A stretch of 56,047 bases of DNA from an uncultured Lachnospiraceae bacterium (GTDB lineage Bacteria; Bacillota; Clostridia; Lachnospirales; Lachnospiraceae), in NCBI GenBank assembly GCA_905234525.1, contig CAJOIL010000004.1, forward strand, positions 1 to 56,047, given 5' to 3'. The translations under genes were made by a program, and so were the position numbers. Below the pieces are notes generated by a model, which saw nothing but the letters and a program-made list of their open reading frames with translations, did no database searches and was not told where the DNA came from. The stretch's first letter is position 1, and every line of letters begins with the position of its first letter. Below, piece by piece: positions 39,494-48,511 of this stretch.

Positions 39494-40030
39494 TCAATCA
39501 ACACATTGCATTTGCTTGCATAGCTGATCATACTCTCTGTTAATCTCTTGAATTGTGCCGGTATCACCATCCAGATTATCGGGATGGTATATCTTAAGTA
39601 AATCCTTATATCGCTTCTTAAGCGACTTCTCGTTGCCTACGCCTATGAAGAAAATCTGTGCTCCGCTTATCTGCTCCGAGCCACCTTCAATACCATTCTC
39701 TTCGTTAAACTTGAGGACCTTGGAATAGAAAGCCTTCTCTCTCTCGAACTTCTTCCTATCGTCGGCTAACTTCTGTGTCTCTGTCTCAAGGACCTTCCAC
39801 TTCATATCAAATAGGTCCTTCTCTCTGGACATCCTATCGCGTTCTGTCTTCTTCTCACGCTTAAGCTGTTCACTCTGAAGCTCTAACTCCTGCTGAGCTC
39901 TGTCAATGAGTGTCTTAGTGGTGTTAAGATTCCTATGTAGTTCTTCGATGATTTGTGCCTGTTCTCTACGCCACTGCTCGAATTCTTTCGCATCGGTCGG
40001 AGCCGGTACGAAATCATATTCCAGATTCAT
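39494..40030 (-). CDS. Coiled-coil protein with a C-terminal J domain
   Basis: LKKRYKDLLKIYHPDN (HPD tripeptide) lies near the C-terminus. The N-terminal two thirds are a charged coiled coil. Confidence 0.7.
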   Translation of the reverse strand: MNLEYDFVPAPTDAKEFEQWRREQAQIIEELHRNLNTTKTLIDRAQQELELQSEQLKREKKTERDRMSREKDLFDMKWKVLETETQKLADDRKKFEREKAFYSKVLKFNEENGIEGGSEQISGAQIFFIGVGNEKSLKKRYKDLLKIYHPDNLDGDTGTIQEINREYDQLCKQMQCVD

Positions 40031-40139
40031 TAGTATCTCCTTATGATAACAGGGTGTTCAACAACAAATTCCATAGCATTATACACTATGTTGTTGTAAA
40101 TTGCAAGAATAATTACTAGATATTGAGAGATTATTGTAT

Positions 40140-42735
40140 CTACATGCCTAACATATCCATAGCACTATAGTTAATTGCAACGGTATAATTCGATGGAATG
40201 TAGGGGTGGCGGATGAGGGTGGTGTGCGACTCTATATCGTAGTACCAGCCTTCTTCAGCCTGTTCGTAATCCTTTTGTCTGAGATAGTGTTCTGATTCCC
40301 TGCCGTCTACAACTACTGTATGAGGGCAATTATTATCTGATGTTACAGCAAGCTCAATATCCTCTATTGTAGACTTGTACTCTCCTTCATAAGAGAAACT
40401 GATAATCGTAGCATCCCCTACTTTCATATCTATATGCGTTCTACGATAAATACCCTTCTTATAATCAAGTGTTATGCCATCATCCTCGTAATAGTCAAAA
40501 GCGGATGATTTATCAGCAACACATATTATTCGTAAGCTATTCACATCATCCTTAGATAAATTCATCATTTGATTCTTAGCAATAGGAATAATCGCACCAC
40601 TTACTACAAATAGTGGTATCGATTCTAAGTCTACAGGAATTTCAGCTGTAGCACCACCCTCAAATTTATCTAATGATACTCTATCATTTTCATATGAAAA
40701 GCCATAGTAGTTACTTCCCTTGGGCAAGTAGACCTTACGCATATCAGTGCCTTTATCTAACACATTTGCCACAAGAAGAGAGTCGCCAAGCAAGTATATA
40801 TCGTCGATGTCATAACAGCTATCATGCTGCCATAAGCGGCGTCATAATCATATCTCCGCTTGAGTGGCTTCGCATCATGAGCGAATACATATACGGGAAC
40901 AATCTATATCTGAACTTAATGGCATCCCTTATAAAATGAGTATACTCAAGATACATCCACGGCTCCGTAACAGTGTTGTCAATATTAACAGAATGTATGG
41001 AAAAACGCGGCATAAAAATACCGGCTTGAACCCAACGAACAAATAACTCCGGTGATGGCACTTCACCGTAAAAGCCCCCGATATCGGCTCCGTAATTGCT
41101 CACCCCCGACATTGACATACCAAGAACCGTCGCCTGATTATACTTAAGCGTATCCCATGAGGTTCTGTTATCTCCTGCCCAGCTCTGCGCATACCTTTGA
41201 ATGCCGCTGTGACCGGCACGACATACGATAAACGGACGTATATTGGGATTATTCTCACGGATAGCTTCATCCGTAATCTTACACATAATATTAGCCATCA
41301 CGACTCGTGTCTCGCCGATTGTTGCGCCCTTACCGTCATAGTCCACCTTAGCATCCTTATCAACTATGCTATCGTATTCGCAGTTGTCATTCCAGACAGA
41401 TGTTGTTCCCTTAGACAGCACATTATCCTTAAGAAGCTTCTTCCACTCTTCTCTGCACTTAGGATTGGTAAAGTCGGCAAATACTCCTTTGCCGCCCCAC
41501 CATTCACCTACTGCAAAATACGACTTCAACGCGCCAACTGCATAATGAGACTCTATATCACCTACTGCAAAATACGACTTCAACGCGCCCACTGTATAAA
41601 GCGACTCATTATCATCGCTTTCCTTAACAAGCATATCCTTGGATGTAAACTTATCTATGTTAGGATGAACAAGTAGAATGCCGGGCTTAACATTGGGGGA
41701 TACAACGATTCCTTTATCATCCATCACCTTAAAGAAATCTGTCGGGTTAGGGAATCTGTCACTACTCCACGTAAATACACAACGCTTATCTCCTTCATCA
41801 GTCTTCTGCGTCGTATATCCGCTTGACAATTGAAAGCCATCAATAGGAATGTCTTCATCTATTGCTGTGTCTATAAAGCCCTCGATTGCTTTGTCGCAAT
41901 CCTTGTCGAGTTCGCTATAGTACATGGAGCTGCCGAGATACCCCAGTGCATATTTCGGAAGCATTGCGCTCCTACCTGTAAGATAAGTATAATCTCTCAC
42001 CACATCCTTAACACTTGGCCCTGCTATGAAGAAGAGATCTATATCGCCGTGATCTACTTCATAGGTGCTATGATGCGGCCAGTAATTACTATGGCTTCTG
42101 CCCATGTCAAATGTGCATTCATTCATGTTGTGATAGAAATAGCCACAAGCCTTACCTGTCTTCTTATTAGCCTTAATATAGAAGGGAATATGCTTATATA
42201 AGCTATCCGCATTAATCGGATCATAGCCCATCGTATCATTAGGGCTCATGGTCATGAATTGATGCAGCTTATTAAGACGACCCGTCTTCTCTCCGAAGCC
42301 ATAGAAGCAGTCACCCTCCACAATCTCACTTGTATGATATCTTCTATCGTTAGAATCGCATCGATATGCCAATTCCGGAATATCTCTATGGAGCAATGTG
42401 TCCGTTTTATCGTACACCTCTATCGCCGCAGGATTTTTCCTTATTATCACCTTGAGGATATTGCCGTTTATTGTCGCATAGTCATTATTGTCATCCAATC
42501 TGCTTGCGGCAACGTCAATTCGTTTGCGCTCATCCCCCAACACCTCATCAAGTCTATCTTCCCACGCAGTCGTAACAAGGCTATAGCTTTCCTCTGCAAA
42601 ATCACCGGCAAAACCCACACGAATTCTTATAATACTGTCCGTCACAAAATAGATTCTGATAGCACAAGCATTAGTCTGAACCTCATAATAATTATTACTT
42701 TGTGTAACACTTCTAACTTCTCTAACTATTCTCAT
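40140..42735 (-). pseudogene. Glycoside hydrolase family 31 alpha-glucosidase/xylosidase, split by one frameshift (ORFs 40822-42735 and 40140-40793)
   Basis: The N-terminal ORF carries GH31 motifs (KPGILLVH, WNDNCE nucleophile region, SWAGDNRTSW, FMPRFSIHS). It ends ...TPLMAA*, while an overlapping frame continues HDSCYDIDDIYLLGDSLLVANVL..., which is the normal GH31 C-terminal domain. Confidence 0.8.
41504..41611. repeat. 54-bp in-frame tandem duplication (2 copies) inside the GH31 gene
   Basis: Copy 1 is 41504-41557 and copy 2 is 41558-41611. The first 32 nt are identical and about 47/54 match overall. The duplication encodes AVGALKSYFAVG twice. Confidence 0.85.
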
Positions 42736-42772
42736 TACTATACCACCCCTCGTACATTCTTGTCTCTAAAAT

Positions 42773-43093
42773 CTACACCAAATACCTTAGTATTATTTCC
42801 GTCACAAATACTCCTGCACTTGCAGCTATCGCAACCGTCATAAGTCCGCGGTTAAACAGTGCCAGTATTACCGCCACAACAACTCCGACTGCTGCCGAAA
42901 TCGGATTTTTAGTTGCATAGAATACAGCCGGTATTGTCATTGCCGACAGTACTGCATATGGTATGTATGTCAGGAATGATTTGACAAATGTGTTATTGAT
43001 TTTGTGGCGCGCTAAGGCAAAGGGGATTACCCTTATTAAGTATGTTGTACCCGCCATTATGCCTAAGTATATAAAAAATTGTATGTTATCCAT
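42773..43093 (-). CDS. azlD: Branched-chain amino acid transport protein AzlD
   Basis: 106 aa with four hydrophobic helices and the AzlD-like N-terminus MDNIQFFIYLGIMAGTTYLIRVIPF. RBS AAAGGAGA. Confidence 0.8.
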   Translation of the reverse strand: MDNIQFFIYLGIMAGTTYLIRVIPFALARHKINNTFVKSFLTYIPYAVLSAMTIPAVFYATKNPISAAVGVVVAVILALFNRGLMTVAIAASAGVFVTEIILRYLV

Positions 43094-43108
43094 ATAGTCT
43101 CCTTTGCT

Positions 43109-43470
43109 GCGGATAGGTGCTACTTATATACGATAAATATCATAGTATTTCACGTGACACGCTCTCGCTCTGAACGGGTACCCCTAGCGGTGCTAATCTC
43201 TCGCTGCGCTTGCGCTTGCGAATCGCCAAGCACCAAGACCCGTTAAGGTCACTTAGAAATACTCTGATATTTTTCGTATATCCAAGTAATCTTCCACGCG
43301 GATAGGTGCTACCTATATACGGTGACTGTCAGAGTGCTTCAAAGTGACCTTATAGGGTCTCGGCACTTAGCGAATGCGAAGCATGAGCTTAGTACCGCCC
43401 CATTCAGAGCGAGAGCGTGTCACTGTGAAGCATTCTGATAGTCACCGTATATCCAAGTAATCTTCCACGC
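43109..43470. repeat. Two tandem nested-palindrome repeat units (B1 43109-43299, B2 43299-43470) of the same family as 33347-33577
   Basis: Both units begin GCGGATAGGTGCTAC(T/C)TATATACG and end CGTATATCCAAGTAATCTTCCACGC. The B1 core (43156-43250) matches 33457-33544, and the B2 core is the reverse complement of a diverged copy. Confidence 0.8.
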
Positions 43471-43479
43471 GAATTGGGA

Positions 43480-44181
43480 TTATTCTACTGCGCCTTCCTT
43501 AACAGGGAATAGTAGCGCTCCTACCGCCGTCGCCACAATCGCACATATACATATTGCGATACCTGACGAAATACTGTTAAGCACCGGAACGAAGTAGAAC
43601 GCGCAACTCAATCCTATTGCCAAAATCGACACAAAGCTTATTGCAAGCGACTTCTTCGCTTCCGGAATTACAATAGCAATAAACATTGCATACAACGCTA
43701 TATTAAGTGAATTAAGCAATATATCCGGCAATACACTGCCAAGGACCGCTCCAAGCATCGTACCAAGCGCCCACCCTATATACGGAAGAACAATAATGCC
43801 CCTGAAGAAATGCTTATTAACCGAATCCTTGGTTATAGCAACTCCGAATATCTCATCCGTAATAAATGCTCCATAGAAAAATCTATTGGCAAGCGAAAAA
43901 GAATCATCCGTTTTTTGAGACAGCGATACCGCCATAAATGAGTACCTGATGTTAATGGTGAGCTGCGAAAACGCCATCTGCAAATACTGCGCAGGATGTA
44001 TCATAATATTGATTCCTGCCAGCTGTCCCGCAGACGTTAAATTAAGCATAGATATAAGCACCGCCTGCCACCAGTATAATCCGCTCGATACAGACATAAT
44101 CCCAAAGGTAAAAGATACCGATAAGTATCCCAGACCAATGGGAAGTCCTGCTTTAAATCCTTCTGAAAATGATTGTTTCAT
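43480..44181 (-). CDS. azlC: AzlC family branched-chain amino acid permease component
   Basis: FSEGFKAGLPIGLGYLSVSFTFG is the typical AzlC N-terminus. The start was set at ATG 44181, which has GAGGAGA upstream; the ATG at 44196 lies inside that RBS. Confidence 0.85.
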   Translation of the reverse strand: MKQSFSEGFKAGLPIGLGYLSVSFTFGIMSVSSGLYWWQAVLISMLNLTSAGQLAGINIMIHPAQYLQMAFSQLTINIRYSFMAVSLSQKTDDSFSLANRFFYGAFITDEIFGVAITKDSVNKHFFRGIIVLPYIGWALGTMLGAVLGSVLPDILLNSLNIALYAMFIAIVIPEAKKSLAISFVSILAIGLSCAFYFVPVLNSISSGIAICICAIVATAVGALLFPVKEGAVE

Positions 44182-44196
44182 GTCTCCTCTTATCAT

Positions 44197-44283
44197 TTAT
44201 ATACAGTCCTTCGTAACAAGTACCTCCCGTGGGTCGGGCTTCGCCCAACGTTTCCGGAGAGGTCTTGCTTACTCAGTCCTTCA
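44197..44283 (-). promoter_or_regulatory. Structured 87-nt spacer between the cls stop and the azlC start; a long imperfect hairpin related to the 18084-18165 element
   Basis: The minus strand reads GUAAGCAAGACCUCUCCG-...GGGCGAAGCCC...-CGGGAGGUACUUGUUAC, flanked by GAAGGACUG on both sides. Confidence 0.4.
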
Positions 44284-45840
44284 TTACATTAGCGGAGCGA
44301 AGACTCTGAGTATTCCATCAATTAATCTATGAAATTTGCCGAAGGTCATACTCTCTACCGTCTTAAGCTCACACTCTTCCTGCGTCTTAAGAAAATCAGA
44401 CTTAACTTCATTAATCATGCTTGATTTATAGAACATACTGTTACATTCATAGTGCAAGAAAAGGCTTCTATAATCAAGATTGACAGTACCGACACCGGCA
44501 ATCTTATCGTCTACCACAAAGGCCTTAGCATGCACAAAGCCCGGTGTATACTCATAAATCTTAACTCCTGCCTTGAGCAAATCCGGATAATAACCGCGCG
44601 ATATTCTATGAACAAACTTGGAATCAGATATGCCCGGAGTAATAAGCCTTACATCAACACCTCTCTTCGCCGCAAAAATAAACGCATCAAACAAAGCATC
44701 TCCAAGCATTAGATATGGTGTAAAGAACCACACGTAATCCTTAGCCTGTGACAATAGCTCTACATACATCAAATTACTTGAATGATCATCTCTCTCCGGC
44801 GAGTCATAGTATGGAATAATATATCCGTCTGTCGTATCGGGTGTTGCTACAAGCTTACGTTCATTAGGTGCAGGTATCGGCTTTGGAACAATCTTTTCTT
44901 CTAGTTCAAGTGAATTCCAAAATTCCATGAACATAAATCGATAGCTCTCTACCGCCTTACCGGTCATCCTAAATCCAAGGTCCTTCCACACACCAAACGG
45001 ATGAATCTCATTAATATATTCATCAGCAACATTAATGCCACCGCTATAAGCTATCTCACCGTCGATAATCATCATCTTACGATGTGTTCTGTTATTAAGC
45101 TGTGTACGTATGAAAAGAAACGGATTAAACGGTGCTATCTTAATCCCCTTAGCACGTAGCTCTTTAACATCCTTTATAGAGTATGTTCCTATACTGCCAA
45201 GGTCATCATATATTATCCTAACATCAACGCCCTCTTCAACCTTCTTGGCCATAATATCTGTCAGCGTATCCAAGAACACTCCTCGCTGTAATATGAAGTA
45301 CTCCATATATATGTAGCTTTGCGCCTTTTTCAAATCCTCACACATATCCTTAAAGCACAGCTCTCCAAATGGATAATACTTAACACTCTCATTATGAAGC
45401 ATTGGAAACTTCGCATTCTCGCACAAGAACGACACAGATTGCATAAGCCTTGGGTCTTCATTATACACTTCATTAATGGCATTGTTTTCAATATAAAATT
45501 CATTGCGTCCCAAATCTGCCGCGGCTCTACGTATCTTAGCATCAAGACGTCTGCCCGTTTTCTTGTTACCCAACACAAGATAAAGTATCGAGCCTAAAAT
45601 AGGGAAAAGAATAACTACAATCGTCCATAGCAATCTATACGCACTTTCATCTCGCTTACTGATAATATATAGAACTATTAAAAATGCTATGACTTCAAAT
45701 ATCACATTTACTACAGTAACAAGCCAATCACCCAAAAATCTACGTATACTTCCAAGTCCTCCAAGTATCAAGATAAACCAAAATACTTGGATTGCAACTG
45801 CAGGCAAAACTATAAGTACACGCCCCAGAATCTTCTTCAT
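44284..45840 (-). CDS. cls: Cardiolipin synthase
   Basis: Two N-terminal TM helices and two PLD HKD motifs (HRKMMIIDG...; HAKAFVVDD...). Confidence 0.92.
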   Translation of the reverse strand: MKKILGRVLIVLPAVAIQVFWFILILGGLGSIRRFLGDWLVTVVNVIFEVIAFLIVLYIISKRDESAYRLLWTIVVILFPILGSILYLVLGNKKTGRRLDAKIRRAAADLGRNEFYIENNAINEVYNEDPRLMQSVSFLCENAKFPMLHNESVKYYPFGELCFKDMCEDLKKAQSYIYMEYFILQRGVFLDTLTDIMAKKVEEGVDVRIIYDDLGSIGTYSIKDVKELRAKGIKIAPFNPFLFIRTQLNNRTHRKMMIIDGEIAYSGGINVADEYINEIHPFGVWKDLGFRMTGKAVESYRFMFMEFWNSLELEEKIVPKPIPAPNERKLVATPDTTDGYIIPYYDSPERDDHSSNLMYVELLSQAKDYVWFFTPYLMLGDALFDAFIFAAKRGVDVRLITPGISDSKFVHRISRGYYPDLLKAGVKIYEYTPGFVHAKAFVVDDKIAGVGTVNLDYRSLFLHYECNSMFYKSSMINEVKSDFLKTQEECELKTVESMTFGKFHRLIDGILRVFAPLM

Positions 45841-45854
45841 AAGAAACCTCCTAT

Positions 45855-46877
45855 TTATAGATTACTTAGCACCTCATCATACGTATTATAGAAGTACTGC
45901 GACTTATCGTCTGACTTAAGCACCTCAACAAAAAGCTGTGACTGCCTATCTGCTATATTGCCCATCATATGACCATCCACGTCTACATAATCCTCATCAG
46001 TGCGATGCAAATACTCTGACTTCGCATAGTTAAAATCATAAAACTCTATTCCCATAGACCCCAATAGGTCAGTAAAATAATCATGAACCTCACTCATATC
46101 CTGTGCTCTTAAGCGGTATGGATTAAGGGCTGACTGTGTGCATATAAGCCTAATATTATTCTCATCACAGTATGCTTTGATGCGCTGCAAATCATATATA
46201 TTATCGTCTTCCACATGACCCTTAAATTCCGTTGGCGCCCATGCCAAATCAGGTGCTCTGTTAACACCTCTTAAAAAGCCTCTGCCTTCATAATCAAATG
46301 CCGTATCTGACTTAAGATATTTATTAACAGCATTCATGGCGCTATCGTTATTGGCGATATAATCACTATCAAGCTTAGCTCCTACGCAGTTCGGTATCTT
46401 AGCAATATTCTCTCCCGTCAATGCATAGTCGCAAAACAGCATCACGAACCTCTGCGGCCACACTGCCTCCCTAAAGTAATGATATCTCCTCATACCTGTA
46501 AGATGAGGCATAAGATTCATATCCGTACCCAAATCTCTGGTCTGATCAAGCACCCAATAATATGGGTCTATATCAAGTATTACCGTCTTATACTTCTTAT
46601 CCAAGTTGGCTTCCTGTAGTATATAATATATATTATTAATCGGAGTTATTCTCCTTGCAACGCTAACCGCATTAACATCCAATCCATCAGATATAATATA
46701 TGGATTGTATCCGCACTCCGCATGGGACTGTCCCATTATCAAAGTATCATAATCTCCCTCTTGCGCCTGTTTAAGCAGCACTCTGATGCCGGACGGTGGT
46801 GTCAAGAGGAACGACATAATTCCCACACTTAATGCAAATACTATTACAATGCCAAGGATTCGTCTAAAAGTTCGCAT
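45855..46877 (-). CDS. DltD/AlgX-like (SGNH-type) partner of the MBOAT acyltransferase
   Basis: N-terminal signal anchor and an MGQSHAECG block. The gene lies directly downstream of, and overlaps, the MBOAT gene. The start was set at ATG 46877, which has GGGAGGA upstream. Confidence 0.5.
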   Translation of the reverse strand: MRTFRRILGIVIVFALSVGIMSFLLTPPSGIRVLLKQAQEGDYDTLIMGQSHAECGYNPYIISDGLDVNAVSVARRITPINNIYYILQEANLDKKYKTVILDIDPYYWVLDQTRDLGTDMNLMPHLTGMRRYHYFREAVWPQRFVMLFCDYALTGENIAKIPNCVGAKLDSDYIANNDSAMNAVNKYLKSDTAFDYEGRGFLRGVNRAPDLAWAPTEFKGHVEDDNIYDLQRIKAYCDENNIRLICTQSALNPYRLRAQDMSEVHDYFTDLLGSMGIEFYDFNYAKSEYLHRTDEDYVDVDGHMMGNIADRQSQLFVEVLKSDDKSQYFYNTYDEVLSNL

Positions 46878-48360
46878 ACATAAATCCTCCCGCAAATGAA
46901 ACCGATACGAAGCATGCTATCGCCTGTATCAATGCCACCCATACCAACACCTGCACCCAATAATTCTTAGTGCTGAGCCAATCTCTAATCGATATTTTCT
47001 TCTCATGCAATATATCAACAAGAAGAACCAGTGCTATACTTATCGGCAGTATGAAGAAATCCCAATGCTGCAATTCAATACACGCAAAATCTGTTAAATC
47101 AAACCTCACACTGTTATACAGCATAACAAAGGCATCCTTCATAGATGTCGTACAATCAAACACCCAACCAAGTGTAATAATGAATAACGTCCTAATTAAA
47201 GAGAATATCCAATATCCCTTTGAGTTATCTTTGATTTTAAGACCCTTTTTCCACTTAGCATACTCATCAACCAGGATAGCCGAAACAGCCAAGATAATAC
47301 CGTTATACAGACCCCACGCCAAGTAGTTGGTACCCAGTCCATGCCATACACCTACGAACACAAACACAATAATATCAGCAATTCCTACGCATATCTGATT
47401 CGCTCTCTTACGAGGCATGAACTTCTTAAGACCCTTCTTAACCTTGCCCATACCTCTCGATATAGACACCGGATAGAATACATAATCCTTCATCCACTGT
47501 CCGAGAGAAATGTGCCATCTGCGCCAGAATTCCCCAAGCGACAATGAAAAATACGGTTGTCTGAAGTTCTCCTTCATCGTAATTCCGAAGCATTGCGACA
47601 CACCGCGAATAATATCTATACCACCACTAAAGTCTAGATACAGCTGTATGCCGTATGCAATAAAGCCAAGCCACACTGTAGCTCCGTAAGGCGTATCGGG
47701 ATTATCCGTAAATATCTGTCCGACATATGTTCCAACTCTATCAGCCACAACAAGCTTCTTGAACAGACCCCACAGCATTAGCTGTATACCGTATTTAATA
47801 TTGTGCCAATCTAACCTATGCTCTTTGAACAATTCCGGAGCAAGCTCAGAATATTTGCTGATAGGGCCTTGCACCATCTGTGGAAAATATGATGTAAATA
47901 GGAGCACCTTGAAATAATTCTTCTCAGCTTCTATTCTGCCCCAATAAACATCAAGCATATACGACACTACCTGCAGCGTATAATATGACAATCCCGCGGG
48001 CACTATAAAATTCTTCATAAATAACGAATACGAGTATTCTGTGCCTAAAAACATCACATTCTCATTAAAGATTGACATGCCAAGTACATATTTCAAAATA
48101 ACCAGCACGGCAATAGCCAAGACCATTCCCGTTATAAGGAATGCCTTCTTGTGATTATCGTTTCGTTCAATTAGCCTTGCACTTAAATATGTTGTTAATG
48201 AGGTAAATATAATAAAGAGTCCGCCAAAGACACTGACGCTGTATATATATACAAAGCTGAGTACCAAAAGATATCCCCACCGAAACCTTGCAGGGACAAT
48301 ATAATAAGTCATCACTGATAATATAAAAAAGACCATAAAGCCGGCCGCTGTGATACTCAT
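46864..48360 (-). CDS. MBOAT family O-acyltransferase (DltB/AlgI-like)
   Basis: About 11 TM helices, the conserved FWRRWHISL block, and the catalytic-His region VGVWHG. Confidence 0.88.
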   Translation of the reverse strand: MSITAAGFMVFFILSVMTYYIVPARFRWGYLLVLSFVYIYSVSVFGGLFIIFTSLTTYLSARLIERNDNHKKAFLITGMVLAIAVLVILKYVLGMSIFNENVMFLGTEYSYSLFMKNFIVPAGLSYYTLQVVSYMLDVYWGRIEAEKNYFKVLLFTSYFPQMVQGPISKYSELAPELFKEHRLDWHNIKYGIQLMLWGLFKKLVVADRVGTYVGQIFTDNPDTPYGATVWLGFIAYGIQLYLDFSGGIDIIRGVSQCFGITMKENFRQPYFSLSLGEFWRRWHISLGQWMKDYVFYPVSISRGMGKVKKGLKKFMPRKRANQICVGIADIIVFVFVGVWHGLGTNYLAWGLYNGIILAVSAILVDEYAKWKKGLKIKDNSKGYWIFSLIRTLFIITLGWVFDCTTSMKDAFVMLYNSVRFDLTDFACIELQHWDFFILPISIALVLLVDILHEKKISIRDWLSTKNYWVQVLVWVALIQAIACFVSVSFAGGFMYANF

Positions 48361-48511
48361 CGATTAAGCTCTCCTTAAATATGCTCCAACCGATATCATA
48401 TCATATTTTACTATGTCTTTCACTATACATTTCACTATGTTTGGTAAAAAATTTAATGAAAAAATCACATTTTTAGTATATAATAGTAGCGTTAATTGAA
48501 AGGAGTCATAT

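Noticed and set aside
40031-40139. Hairpin CAACAACA...TGTTGTTG between the J-domain gene and the GH31 3' end.
   Set aside because: It has an 8-bp A/T-rich stem with a loop of about 22 nt and no U-tract, so it is not distinguishable from chance.
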